Assembly: GCA_041690355.1 (NCBI GenBank)
Contig: JAWLHK010000014.1
Coordinates: 1 to 64,000 of the forward strand
Reading direction: 5' to 3'
Length of the DNA stretch: 64,000 nt
Source of the DNA: a bacterium
GTDB lineage: Bacteria > J088 > JAWLBW01
In this document: positions 30,595 to 40,733 of the stretch, one piece after another
Layout: each line of letters begins with the position of its first letter
How positions within the stretch are numbered: position 1 is the stretch's first letter
The notes under the pieces: generated by a model
Seen by the model: the letters and a program-made list of their open reading frames with translations, nothing else
Database searches by the model: none
What the model was told of the DNA's origin: nothing
Made by a program: the position numbers and the translations under genes

Positions 30595-30715
30595 ATCGAA
30601 ACCCGAGTTCTGCCTCGGCTTCCCGCTCATCATCCATTCGAACGGGGCAAGCCGGCAAAGGCGAATGCCGAGACCATGCGGGACGGCCCGGCGAGGGCCG
30701 ACGCGGAAAACGAAC

Positions 30716-31168
30716 ATGTTGCACATCGTTCTGTACGAACCCGAGATTCCGCCCAATACGGGAAATATTGCGCGTCTCTGCGCCGGCACCGGCATCCGGT
30801 TGCACCTCGTGGGTAAACTCGGTTTCGAACTCTCCGATCGCTATCTGAAGCGGGCGGGGCTCGATTACTGGCCCCACGTGCAGTGGGAGCACGTGCCATC
30901 GCTCGAGCACCTGTACGTCCGATTTCCCGAAAGCCGCTTCTTCTACCTGTCGACCAAAGCGACGCGGCCCTATACCACCGCAGGCTATCGGGAAGGGGAT
31001 TTTCTCGTCTTCGGCCCCGAAAGCCGGGGGCTGCCCGAAGAGATCCTGCTTGCGAACGCAGACGCCTGCTATACAATCCCCATGTTCGGGCCCGTCCGCA
31101 GCCTCAACCTCAGCACGGCCGTCGGTATCGTCGCCTACGAGGCGCTGCGGCAGGTCAAGGGGTTCTGA
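30716..31168 (+). CDS. trmL: tRNA (cytidine/uridine-2'-O)-methyltransferase
   Basis: PEIPPNTGNIARLC, KRAGLDYW, FGPESRGLP, RSLNLS. Confidence 0.96.
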   Translation: MLHIVLYEPEIPPNTGNIARLCAGTGIRLHLVGKLGFELSDRYLKRAGLDYWPHVQWEHVPSLEHLYVRFPESRFFYLSTKATRPYTTAGYREGDFLVFGPESRGLPEEILLANADACYTIPMFGPVRSLNLSTAVGIVAYEALRQVKGF

Positions 31169-31228
31169 ATGCTCGCCGAAAAGGTTGCGGGCACGCGCTC
31201 GTTTTTGTTTAGCTGATTGTCATTCCCG

Positions 31229-33109
31229 ATGGACAGCGCGCTTCCCTTTCGCCCCGACGCCGAGTCGGAGGTCTTGATCCAGGCCATTCTGGATGCGGCG
31301 GTGGATTCGATCTTCGTGATCGACTTCCTCAGCGGCACCATGCGCTGCAACCGTCAGGCCATCCGGGACTTCGTCATCCCGCCCGAAATCCACGAAGCCG
31401 CGGGAAACTGGCTTGCCCTTCGCGAGCACATGGCCGCCCTGGCAGCGGATACGCCAGGTTTTCAAGCGGGACTCGCCGCTCGCGACCAGGCCCCCGAAGA
31501 GGAGCACTTCGAAGTCATTCCCTTTCTTGACGGGCGGGTGTTCGAACGCCGCGTGCGCCCGCTGCTCCGCGAGGGCAGGGCAGTAGGGCGGGTCGTCAGC
31601 TACCGCGATGTCACGAAGCAGGTGCGCTACGAGCTCGAACGGGCCGAACAACAGGAGCGGTTGCGCGGGCTCATGGCCAATCTGCCCGGCATGGTCTACA
31701 CCTGCCGCAACGACGCGTCCTGGACGATGGAGTTCGTCAGCGAGGGCTGTTTCGAGCTTACTGGCTATCCGACCGAAGATCTGCTGCACAACCGGTCGAT
31801 CACCTTCGAGGCGCTCATCCATCCCGAAGATCGCGACCGGGTGCGTGAGGTCGTCACCGAAGCGGTTGCCGGCGATCGCACGTATCGGCTCGAATACCGG
31901 ATTCTGACGCGGTCAGGGGCCGTACGGTGGGTTCTCGAGCAGGGCAAGGCACTGCCGGGCGGGCTGCTGCTCGAAGGGCACCTGAGCGACATCACGGCCC
32001 GCGTCGCGGCCGAACAGGAGCTCGTCGCGAGCCGCCGGCGCCTCGAGCTCGCCCTCGAAGTGGCCGGCATGGGGGTCTGGGAGTGGGATCTCGCCGGCGA
32101 CAAGGTACTCTGGTCGGGCACGACGAGAAGCGACGAACACAGGGCGTTTCCGGCCCGCTTCGACCGTGACATGCTGATGGAGCGGGTCTACGGCGAAGAC
32201 GCGGCGTCGCTGAACGCCGCGGTACGCGCGGCGCTCAAGGGCGAAGACGCGCTCGACCTCCAGTTCCGCGTCGCCCGCGACGACGGCGAGCTGCGCTGGG
32301 TGCACATCAAGGGGAGCCTGTTGCGCACCGCAGACGGGCGCCCGACGCGCATGATCGGCATCGCCCACGACGTCACCGGTCGCAAAGAGGCCGAGCTGGC
32401 CGTGCGCGAAGCCAAGGAGCGCGCCGAAGAGGCCGTGCGGGTCAAGAACGCCATCTTCGCGAACGTCAGTCACGAAATTCGCACGCCCCTCACGGGGATC
32501 ATCGGGTTTTCAGAACTCCTTTTCCGCACCGCCGCCGACAACGACCAGCGCCACAAAGCCGAGATCATCCTGCGTTCGGCACAGCGGCTGCTCACGCTGC
32601 TGAACGGGGTCATCGACATGGCGCGGCTCGAGTCGAACCGAGTCGAGATCAGCCCGGAGGCGCACGCCCTGTCTGAGACAGTCGAGCGGGCGGCGTCGCT
32701 GCTCGGCATCCTCGCCCGCGGAAAAGGCCTGCGTCTCGACGTGGGTCCGCTCGAAGAGGCGCTGGTGATGACCGACCGCCAGGCCGAAGAGCAGATTCTG
32801 CTGAACCTGATCGGCAATGCGATCCGCTATACAGAGCAGGGGAGCATAGGGATCACGGTGCGCCATGCGCCGCCGTACGCCGAGCTGACGGTGCGCGACA
32901 CGGGCGTTGGAATTTCGGAAGCTTTTCTTCCATACGTCTTCGACGAATTCCGCCGTGAAAGTGAAGGGCTCAGTGGCCAGCAGGAGGGGAGCGGCCTGGG
33001 GCTGTCCATTGCGCGCCGCCTCGTCGAGGCCATGGGGGGCGAGATACGCATCCGGAGCCGGAAAGACGAGGGGACCGAAGCCGTCGTCCTGCTGCCGCTG
33101 GCCGACTAG
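31229..33109 (+). CDS. Cytoplasmic multi-PAS sensor histidine kinase
   Basis: Three PAS/PAC-like blocks; H-box SHEIRTPL; NLIGNAIRY, DTGVGI, GSGLGL. Confidence 0.93.
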   Translation: MDSALPFRPDAESEVLIQAILDAAVDSIFVIDFLSGTMRCNRQAIRDFVIPPEIHEAAGNWLALREHMAALAADTPGFQAGLAARDQAPEEEHFEVIPFLDGRVFERRVRPLLREGRAVGRVVSYRDVTKQVRYELERAEQQERLRGLMANLPGMVYTCRNDASWTMEFVSEGCFELTGYPTEDLLHNRSITFEALIHPEDRDRVREVVTEAVAGDRTYRLEYRILTRSGAVRWVLEQGKALPGGLLLEGHLSDITARVAAEQELVASRRRLELALEVAGMGVWEWDLAGDKVLWSGTTRSDEHRAFPARFDRDMLMERVYGEDAASLNAAVRAALKGEDALDLQFRVARDDGELRWVHIKGSLLRTADGRPTRMIGIAHDVTGRKEAELAVREAKERAEEAVRVKNAIFANVSHEIRTPLTGIIGFSELLFRTAADNDQRHKAEIILRSAQRLLTLLNGVIDMARLESNRVEISPEAHALSETVERAASLLGILARGKGLRLDVGPLEEALVMTDRQAEEQILLNLIGNAIRYTEQGSIGITVRHAPPYAELTVRDTGVGISEAFLPYVFDEFRRESEGLSGQQEGSGLGLSIARRLVEAMGGEIRIRSRKDEGTEAVVLLPLAD

Positions 33110-33166
33110 GCTGCGGGGCGGACGGCGGACCCTGGATTCAGAGCAGGGCAAGAGTTCGGCGAACCT

Positions 33167-34294
33167 TTACGCCGTGACCACAGGCGCTTCCGGCGCCTGG
33201 GCCGATCCTGAGTCATGGGCGATGACCCACTCCAGCACGCGCGGAAACAGCTCTTTTGCCGCGTCCCTGCCGAACACGAAATCGATGTGGCCGTAGTCGT
33301 GTCCGAAGCCGGTGGCGCGGCCGACCTCGAGGTACTGCTTTCCCGACGAGTCGGGCATGAGATCGTAGGCGTGTTTCGCGTTGACGGGCTGCACGAGAAT
33401 GTCGCCGGCGCCCGAAATGACGAAGACCGGCACCGTCGACTCCCGCAGTGCCGCCTGGTAATCGACCTGGTGGTCAGCAGAGCGGAAGCAGTCGTTCACC
33501 ACCCAGTCGCTGAACTGCTTGAGAAGCGCGGGGGGCAGGTGATGGACGGCGTTGTAGGCCACGCGCTGGATGAAGCCGAGATCGATGTTGTCGGGGTTCA
33601 TCTGCGAGCGGACCGGCGCGGAATTGCGGATGAGCGGAATCAGCGGCAGGGCCAGGTGGATGGCCGTGCGGATCGGCACGTACTTGATGTGATCGAGCAG
33701 AAAGGCGAGCTTGAGCGCGGCGCCGAGGCCATGCCGCGAGGCAAAGCGCACGGGCGACCCCATGGCGACCCCCGAGCGGATCCATTCGGGCTTCCCGATG
33801 CCCAGGTACGAATACAGCAGCATGCCGCCCATGGAGTGACCGACCCAGTGCACCCGTTCGGCGCCGGTCGCCTGGCGGATGTGGGCCACCGCGGCCGTGA
33901 CGTCCTGGCGGGCGTAGTCGTCGAAGTTCCAGTTCCAATCCGGCTTCGGAGGCACCGACATGCCGGCGCCGCGCAGGTCGACGATCCACGCGTCAAATCC
34001 GGCCCGGGCGAACCCGCGCGCCCAGCTGTAGGCTTCGTCGAAGTCGAGGTTGTACTTGTTCGCGCCCAGGCCGTGCACGAAGAAGACCGGTTCGCGGCGC
34101 CGCTGGTCGCCCTTGGGGCGGTACCGGTAGAGGGCGAGGCGGGCACCGTCTTCGGTGCGCACGAAGTGGATTTCGTCGGACGCGTCGGCCTCGTGGTGGT
34201 TCCGGTGCAGCCACGCGAAATAGACGCGGGACAGGGTCAGCCCGACAAGCACGAAACCAACGACGCTCAGAGCGGAGACCAGCCAATAGGACAT
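33167..34294 (-). CDS. Membrane-anchored alpha/beta hydrolase (lipase/PhaC-like)
   Basis: N-terminal TM; VHGLG, DLRGAG, GHSMGG, D and YGHID catalytic motifs. Confidence 0.9.
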   Translation of the reverse strand: MSYWLVSALSVVGFVLVGLTLSRVYFAWLHRNHHEADASDEIHFVRTEDGARLALYRYRPKGDQRRREPVFFVHGLGANKYNLDFDEAYSWARGFARAGFDAWIVDLRGAGMSVPPKPDWNWNFDDYARQDVTAAVAHIRQATGAERVHWVGHSMGGMLLYSYLGIGKPEWIRSGVAMGSPVRFASRHGLGAALKLAFLLDHIKYVPIRTAIHLALPLIPLIRNSAPVRSQMNPDNIDLGFIQRVAYNAVHHLPPALLKQFSDWVVNDCFRSADHQVDYQAALRESTVPVFVISGAGDILVQPVNAKHAYDLMPDSSGKQYLEVGRATGFGHDYGHIDFVFGRDAAKELFPRVLEWVIAHDSGSAQAPEAPVVTA

Positions 34295-34367
34295 AAAACA
34301 ATCCGGTAAGGAGACGGTGGGGTTACTGTAGCAGATCGGGCGGGCGGGATCACAGGCAGCACCTGTG

Positions 34368-34537
34368 AGTGACGAGTTACGAGTAACGAGTGACGAGTGC
34401 TCGGCAAGTGCGCGGACCAAGACGTCCTTCGTCGGCGCTTGGCGCTTCTCCAAGTGACGAGTTACGAGTGACGAGTGACGAATGCTCGGCAAGTGCGCCC
34501 ACCAACTCGTCCTTCGTCAGCGCTTGGCGCTCTCCAA
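34368..34537. repeat. Tandem duplication of an ~85-bp unit containing AGTGACG and GCGCTTG heptamers
   Basis: Units start at 34368 and 34453 and are highly similar; related degenerate copies lie at about 48980-49131. Confidence 0.88.
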
Positions 34538-34719
34538 CGGCCGTGAAGCTGCTGCCGCCGCGCGAAGCGGCCCGGCTCATCCTCGACGGCATGGAGGCGA
34601 ACCGCTACCGCGTGCTCGTCGGCAAGGATTCCAGGTTCATGGACTGGCTCTACCGGCTGAACCCCGAGCGGGCGGCCGGCTTCATCGCGAAACAGATGAA
34701 GGCGCTGTTGCGGGAGTGA
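34537..34719 (+). pseudogene. 3' remnant of a short-chain dehydrogenase/reductase
   Basis: LPPREAARLILDGMEANRYRVLVGKDSRFMDWLYRLNPERAA resembles SDR C-termini; no Rossmann/YxxxK part upstream, where the repeat sits. Confidence 0.65.
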
Positions 34720-34794
34720 TGGTAGCTGCAGGAGCCTGGAGCGGCGGACCTCTGAATCCTCAGGACATTGAAGCCGCGATCACCGCGTCGCTGA

Positions 34795-36144
34795 TCAAGC
34801 CGACACCGAAGCCCGCGTCTCCAGCGGTTCGACCAGGACCCGCAGACCGTCTTTCGGCTTGATGATCGGCACCAGCTGCTCGGGCATGCGGTAGCCAGCC
34901 GGGATGGTCCAGCGGTAGTGGTGCAGCATCCGGTGCAGAATGGCGCGAATCTCCATCATGCCGAAGTGCTGGCCGATGCACGTGTGCGCGCCGGCGCCGA
35001 AGGGGGTCCACGCGTAGCGGTGCGCCTTATCCTCTCGGCGCTCGGGTCCGAAGCGGTCGGGCTCGAAGGCGTCCGGATTCCGCCAGATCTCCGGTAGCCG
35101 GTGGTTGAAGACCGGATAGACCCCCACGAGGGTATCCTGCGGAATGCGGAAGCCGCCGAAGCTCACCTCGCGCACCGTCTTGCGGGGAATGCTCGTCAGG
35201 GGCGGATACAGGCGCAGGGTCTCGCGGATGACCCAGTTGAGCTCTTCCTGCGCTTCCATGTCGTCGTAGCGCAGCTCGTCGCTGCCGTAGGCCAGGGCCT
35301 TTTCGCGCAGGCGTTCCTGCCACTCGGGATGCCGGGCGAGCAGGTAGGTCATGGTCGTGAGCGTGCTCGTGCTGGTGTCGTGGGCGGCCATCATGACGAA
35401 GATCATCTGGTTGATGATTTCCTGGTCCGTAAACGCCGCGCCGTCGTCGCTGCGGGTGTGGCAGAGCCGGCTGAACAGGTCCGGGGTGGCCGCGGCGCGC
35501 TTCGCGGGGAGGGCCGCGGTGTAGGCGCGCTCGAGCTTGCGGCGGCCGCGCACGCCGCGCCACATCTTGCCGCCGGGCACGGCCCAGCGCACCCAGGCCA
35601 GCGAGGCCTCGACCGCGTCGACGAACGCGGTATTGAGCGTATCGGCGTCGTCGCCCAGCTCCATGCCCGCGAACGTGCTCGTGGCGACATCGAGGGTGAG
35701 CTGCTTGATGAAGGGAAAGAAGCGGAAGTCGGGCCGGCGGCTGTCGGCGGCGAGCTTCTCGAGCCCCCGCGCGATGGTCGGGTGCATGCCGTCGAGATAA
35801 CCCACCATGGCGTCGCGCCCGAAGGCCCCCTGCATGATCCGCCGCTGACGCAGATGCTCGGCCCCGTCCATGGCCATGATGGCACCCGGAAAGACGCGGT
35901 CGATGTAGAACTTCCACCCTTCGCGGGCCGAAAAGTTACCCTCCCGGTCCTGCAGCACGAAGTTCACGGCGTCGGGGCCGAGCAGAATGACCGCCTCCTG
36001 GCCCAGAAAAGTGGTGCGGAAGACTTTGCCGTAGCGGGCGTGGAATTTCTCGAGGGTCCCCAGCAGGTTGGTCGAGAATTCGAGGAGCGGCCCGAGGCCG
36101 GGCAGGCCTTCGGTAGTGTGCGGCGGGACGGGGAGCGCGTCCAT
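34795..36144 (-). CDS. Cytochrome P450
   Basis: I-helix AAHDTS, ETLR (ExxR), PDRF, heme motif FGAGAHTCIG. Confidence 0.95.
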   Translation of the reverse strand: MDALPVPPHTTEGLPGLGPLLEFSTNLLGTLEKFHARYGKVFRTTFLGQEAVILLGPDAVNFVLQDREGNFSAREGWKFYIDRVFPGAIMAMDGAEHLRQRRIMQGAFGRDAMVGYLDGMHPTIARGLEKLAADSRRPDFRFFPFIKQLTLDVATSTFAGMELGDDADTLNTAFVDAVEASLAWVRWAVPGGKMWRGVRGRRKLERAYTAALPAKRAAATPDLFSRLCHTRSDDGAAFTDQEIINQMIFVMMAAHDTSTSTLTTMTYLLARHPEWQERLREKALAYGSDELRYDDMEAQEELNWVIRETLRLYPPLTSIPRKTVREVSFGGFRIPQDTLVGVYPVFNHRLPEIWRNPDAFEPDRFGPERREDKAHRYAWTPFGAGAHTCIGQHFGMMEIRAILHRMLHHYRWTIPAGYRMPEQLVPIIKPKDGLRVLVEPLETRASVSA

Positions 36145-36331
36145 CGGATCTCCTTGGCATGCCTGGTGGTGCGGCAGGTTAGAGAGTGCCGCAAAGGAAG
36201 CCGCCGGTCAACGGTCGCCCGGGCCGCGCGCTGACCCATCGGCCGGTTTCCAGGTGGCAGACGCGACGCCATGCGTTATATAATGAGCCCTTTTGAGCGC
36301 TCGTCCCGAGCCGGTTACCCTTGAGTGCACC

Positions 36332-36985
36332 ATGGAACGACGTGAACACCCCCGCATCGCGACCGTCATCGAGGTCAAATACCGCCACGGCGCCGACTTC
36401 GCGCTCGACTTCGCCCGCGACATTTCCCAGGGCGGCCTCTATCTCAGCAGCGAGTCGCCGCTGCCGGTGGGCGAGCGGGTCGAACTCTGGGTCAGCCTGC
36501 CGAACCGCGCCGAGCCCCTGGTCGTCAACGGCGAGGTACGCCGCTCGGTGCGCGACAGGGAAGGGACCGGCGGGATGGGGATCGCCTTCGACACGCCCGG
36601 CACGGAACTGCAGGCCGAGATCGACGCCTATTTGAGCACGCTGTCGAGCAACCGGGAGGTCCTCGTCGATCGCCGCGGCATCCGCCACCCCATCCGCATC
36701 CCCGTGGCGACCGAGCAGGGGACCTTTCACACCTCGAACCTGGGCGCCAACGGCCTTTTTCTGGCGGATGCGGACCTGCCGCTCGGGTCGCCGCTCGACA
36801 TGCGCTTCGCAATCCCCGACGCCCCCGCAATGCCCGAGGTGCGCGTGGCGGGCACGGTCGTGCACCGGAGCGACGGCACCCCCGCCGCAGGCCCGCGCGG
36901 CATCGGCGTACGCTTCGACCGGTTCGAAGAAGACGGCCAGCAGAACCTGTGGAACTATCTTCAGACCGTCGCGGTCGGCCGATGA
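36332..36985 (+). CDS. Tandem PilZ-domain protein (TIGR02266-like, c-di-GMP receptor candidate)
   Basis: RREHPR...DISQGG...GMGIAF and RRGIRH...NLGANG...GIGVRF. Confidence 0.85.
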   Translation: MERREHPRIATVIEVKYRHGADFALDFARDISQGGLYLSSESPLPVGERVELWVSLPNRAEPLVVNGEVRRSVRDREGTGGMGIAFDTPGTELQAEIDAYLSTLSSNREVLVDRRGIRHPIRIPVATEQGTFHTSNLGANGLFLADADLPLGSPLDMRFAIPDAPAMPEVRVAGTVVHRSDGTPAAGPRGIGVRFDRFEEDGQQNLWNYLQTVAVGR

Positions 36986-37656
36986 GCCCGCCGCGGCTCG
37001 TCGCCATCGACGGACCCGCCGGAGCCGGCAAGAGCACCATCGCCCGCATGCTGGCGGCGCACCTCGGCGTCGCCTACATCAACACCGGCGCCATGTACCG
37101 GGCGCTCGGTCTCTACGCGGGTGAGCAGGGCATCCCCATCGAAGAGGCGCCGCTCGTGGCCGCCATGCCCGCAACCCGCATGGCCCTGCGGGCCGTGGAT
37201 GCCACGACCCATGTCTTTCTGGGCGACCGTGACGTCACCGACGCCGTGCGCAGCCCCGAAATCGGAGAACGCGCGAGCCGCCTCTCGGTGTTTCCCCGGG
37301 TGCGCGAGGCCATGGTCGCCATTCAGCAGGCCTACGGGCGGGCGCACGGCGGGGTCATGGAGGGGCGCGACATCGGCACGGTGGTCTTTCCCGACGCCCC
37401 CGTCAAGTTTTTTCTGACGGCCTCTACAGAGGAGCGGGCCCGCCGCCGCCTGGGCGAGCTGGCCGCGCTGGGCAAGCCTGCCGACCTCGACAGCGTCCGG
37501 GCCGAAGTTGAAGATCGCGACCGCCGCGACATCGAGCGCCCGATCGCGCCGCTGCGCATCGCCCCGGGGGCGATCCTCATCGACACCACGGGGATGGATA
37601 CTGGCGCCGTAATCTCCCGTTTGGTATCATATATGGATGCCCTGAAACAGGGGTAG
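36982..37656 (+). CDS. cmk: Cytidylate kinase
   Basis: AIDGPAGAGKST, TGAMYR, EGRDIGTVVFPDA. Confidence 0.96.
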   Translation: MSPPRLVAIDGPAGAGKSTIARMLAAHLGVAYINTGAMYRALGLYAGEQGIPIEEAPLVAAMPATRMALRAVDATTHVFLGDRDVTDAVRSPEIGERASRLSVFPRVREAMVAIQQAYGRAHGGVMEGRDIGTVVFPDAPVKFFLTASTEERARRRLGELAALGKPADLDSVRAEVEDRDRRDIERPIAPLRIAPGAILIDTTGMDTGAVISRLVSYMDALKQG

Positions 37657-37721
37657 TCTACGTTTCCATGTCCAACCCTTTTCCGTTTCGGTCCGGTTGA
37701 CCGAAGAAACCAAATTTTCCA

Positions 37722-39389
37722 ATGGCTGAACAAAGTTTCGCAGAGCTTTTCGAACAGAGCACCGCCCTCCCCGAAGAGGGGACCATCGTCAAAGGGCACG
37801 TCGTGCGCCTCGAAGGCGACTATGCCGTCGTCGACATCGGTTCGAAGAGCGAAGGTCTGATTTCGCTGTCCGAGTTCCAGCGCGGCCCCGAGCCGACCGA
37901 GCTGCAGGCCGGTGATGAAGTAGAAGTGCTCTTCGAGAAGAGCGAAGACGAAAACGGCGCCATCGTCCTGAGCAAGGACAAGGCCGACCGCCTGCGCGTC
38001 TGGGACAAGATCAGCGCGATCGCCGAAGAAGACGGAACGATCTTCGGCCGCGTGCTCGGCCGCGTCAAGGGCGGCCTGGCCGTCGACATCGGCGTCAAGG
38101 CGTTTCTGCCCGGTTCGCAGATCGACCTGCGCCCGGTGCGCGACCTCGACTCGCTCATGGGTCAGAAGTTCGAATTCAAGATTCTCAAGTTCAACAAGCA
38201 GCGCAACAACATCGTGCTTTCGCGCCGGGCCCTGCTCGAGAAAGAACGCGAGAAGCTGCGCAGCACCACGCTTCGCGACCTCGAAGAGGGCAAGATGGTC
38301 GAGGGTGTCGTCAAGAACATCACCGACTACGGAGCCTTCATCGATCTGGGCGGCGTCGACGGCCTGCTGCACATCACCGATATGAGCTGGGGCCGCGTCG
38401 GTCACCCGAGCGAGCTCTTCAAGGTCGGTGACGAAGCCAAGGTCGTCGTGCTCCACTACGACAAGGAAAAAGAACGCGTCAGCCTGGGCCTGAAGCAGAT
38501 GAGCCAGGACCCGTGGACGAGCGTCCCGCAGCGGTTCCCCTCGGGCGAGCGCGTCACGGGCAAGGTCGTCTCGATCACCGATTACGGCGCCTTCGTCGAA
38601 ATCGAGCCGGGCGTCGAAGGCCTGATCCACGTCTCGGAGATGAGCTGGAGCAAGAAGCCGAAGCATCCGAGCAAGTTCTTCGAAGTCGGCCAGCGCGTCG
38701 AAGCGATCGTGCAGGACGTCGACGTCGAAAACCGCCGCATCTCGCTCTCCTACAAGGCGACGGAACCGAATCCGTGGGACGCGGTCGCCGACAAGTACCC
38801 CCCGGGTACGCGCATCCAGGGCCAGATCAAGAACATCACCGACTTCGGCGTCTTCGTGGGCATCGAAGAGGGCATCGACGGCCTCATTCACGTGTCTGAC
38901 ATCTCGTGGACGCAGCGGATCAACAACCCCGCCGAAATCTACAAGAAAGCCGACGTCGTCGAAGCCGTCGTGCTGCACGTCGATCGCGACAACGAGCGTT
39001 TCTCGCTGGGCGTCAAGCAGCTGACGGAAGATCCGTGGCTGACGATCGGCAAGCGCTTCCCGGTCGGCTCGGTCATCAAGGGCAAGGTCACGAACGTCAC
39101 CGACTTCGGTCTGTTCGTCGAGCTGGAGCCGGGCATCGAAGGGCTGGTCCGGGCGAATGAAATCACCCGCGACAAGGCCGACGAAGCGCCGCAGAAAAAG
39201 TTCAACGGCGGCGACGAAGTCAAGGCCGTCGTCCTGAACATCGACCCGCACGAACGCAAGATTTCGCTCTCGATCAAGGCGGCCGAAGACCGCGAAGAGG
39301 GCGAGAACGTGCGCGAGTACGGCTCGGAAAGCGGCATGCGCACCGCGCTCGGCGAAAAGCTCAAGGAAAAGCTCGAAAGCAAGAGCTGA
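37722..39389 (+). CDS. rpsA: 30S ribosomal protein S1
   Basis: Six S1 repeats (ITDYGAFIDLGGVDGLLHITDMSW etc.); strong codon bias. Confidence 0.98.
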   Translation: MAEQSFAELFEQSTALPEEGTIVKGHVVRLEGDYAVVDIGSKSEGLISLSEFQRGPEPTELQAGDEVEVLFEKSEDENGAIVLSKDKADRLRVWDKISAIAEEDGTIFGRVLGRVKGGLAVDIGVKAFLPGSQIDLRPVRDLDSLMGQKFEFKILKFNKQRNNIVLSRRALLEKEREKLRSTTLRDLEEGKMVEGVVKNITDYGAFIDLGGVDGLLHITDMSWGRVGHPSELFKVGDEAKVVVLHYDKEKERVSLGLKQMSQDPWTSVPQRFPSGERVTGKVVSITDYGAFVEIEPGVEGLIHVSEMSWSKKPKHPSKFFEVGQRVEAIVQDVDVENRRISLSYKATEPNPWDAVADKYPPGTRIQGQIKNITDFGVFVGIEEGIDGLIHVSDISWTQRINNPAEIYKKADVVEAVVLHVDRDNERFSLGVKQLTEDPWLTIGKRFPVGSVIKGKVTNVTDFGLFVELEPGIEGLVRANEITRDKADEAPQKKFNGGDEVKAVVLNIDPHERKISLSIKAAEDREEGENVREYGSESGMRTALGEKLKEKLESKS

Positions 39390-39409
39390 GGGTTTTCCGC
39401 TTGAATCCC

Positions 39410-39452
39410 GAAAGGGCCGGAGGGGACTTCCTCTCCGGCCCTTTCTTTATTT
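39410..39452 (+). terminator. Rho-independent terminator after rpsA
   Basis: GAAAGGGCCGGAG...CTCCGGCCCTTTC stem followed by TTTATTT. Confidence 0.85.
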
Positions 39453-39830
39453 CTCCACAGCGCTGTCCAAAACAGGGGACAGGTGCCAGCTGGAATTGTG
39501 AGATTTCGCTGCTTTCATTCTCGACAGCCTCGCTTCGGTGAAGCAGGTTGGCACATTCATCATTTGCCGGAAGCCCGTTCGCTCCTGAAGCTCATGAACA
39601 CGGTGTTCATGCGGCGCTGGGCCTTCGAGACGCCGGCTACGTCACCCTGGCGAGACCATGCCGCCGAATTGAAACCGGTTCCCAAGGCCCGGCTCCTCAG
39701 CCGAAACGGTCACACGCTGAACCGATTTTGGACAAGACTGATTTCTCCAGGCAGATGCCCCAGGCCCGCCGTTCTCCCTGCGAGACCCCGCCGGGCTTGT
39801 TACAATAGAGAAACCACGCGGAGGTCCCCC

Positions 39831-40733
39831 TTGAAGCGTTCATCGCGAACCGGCACCCTGGTCGCCGTCGCCCTCATCGTTCTGTTCGTCGGCTTTTTCA
39901 TCCTGGCGCTGCGCATGGATCGGCAGGCCGACGGCCTCTCCGGATTTCGCGGGGCGGGGGCCAAGATAGCCGTGCTCCCCCTGGAAGGGGTCATCCTCGA
40001 CGTGCGCGAGACCATCGAGCAGCTCGACGCCTTCGTCGACGACGCTTCGGTGAAGGCCATCGTGCTGCGCGTCGACAGCCCGGGGGGCGCCGTGGCCCCC
40101 AGTCAGGAGCTCTACCAGGCGATTCGCGAGGCCGACGCCGAAAAGCCGGTCGTGACCAGCGTGGGCTCGCTGTGCGCCTCGGGGGGCTATTACGCGGCCG
40201 TGGGCACGCGCCACATCATGGCCAATCCCGGCTCGATCGTCGGCAGCATCGGCGTCATCATGGAGTTCGTCGACGCCAGCCGCCTGGCCGATTGGGCGAA
40301 ACTGCGCTTCGAAACCGTCCAGAGCGGTCCCTTCAAGGACATCGGCAGCCCCACCCGGCCCTTGCGCCCCGCAGAGCAGGCGAGCCTGCAGGCGCTCATC
40401 GACAGCGTCTACGGGCAGTTCGTCTCGGCCGTCGTCGAGGGGCGCCCGAACATGACCACCGACGCCGTGCTCGCCGTGGCCGACGGACGCATCTACTCGG
40501 GCGAGCAGGGGCTCACGCTCGGGCTCGTCGACTCGCTGGGTACGCTGAAGGACGCCGTCGACCTGGCCGCCGAGCTGGGTGAAATCGAGGGGGAACCGAA
40601 GGTCGTTTATCCGCCCGAAGAGAAGGAATCGTTCTTCGACTTTCTCGTCGACCAGGGGGCGTCCAGCGTCCGCAAGGCCGCCACCGAGATGGCGGTCCCG
40701 CGCCTCTACTTTCTCTTCGGTGGCCCGCGATGA
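39831..40733 (+). CDS. sppA: Signal peptide peptidase SppA (36K type)
   Basis: GGAGG RBS before TTG; RVDSPGG, ASGGYY, GSIGV, SGPFKD. Confidence 0.93.
   Translation: MKRSSRTGTLVAVALIVLFVGFFILALRMDRQADGLSGFRGAGAKIAVLPLEGVILDVRETIEQLDAFVDDASVKAIVLRVDSPGGAVAPSQELYQAIREADAEKPVVTSVGSLCASGGYYAAVGTRHIMANPGSIVGSIGVIMEFVDASRLADWAKLRFETVQSGPFKDIGSPTRPLRPAEQASLQALIDSVYGQFVSAVVEGRPNMTTDAVLAVADGRIYSGEQGLTLGLVDSLGTLKDAVDLAAELGEIEGEPKVVYPPEEKESFFDFLVDQGASSVRKAATEMAVPRLYFLFGGPR

Noticed and set aside
34368-34537. Possible CRISPR array (also considered for 57312-57488 and the heptamer arrays)
   Set aside because: Only two units, similar along their whole length, with no unique spacers and no cas genes
37332-39251. 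639-aa minus-strand ORF
   Set aside because: Antisense shadow of rpsA
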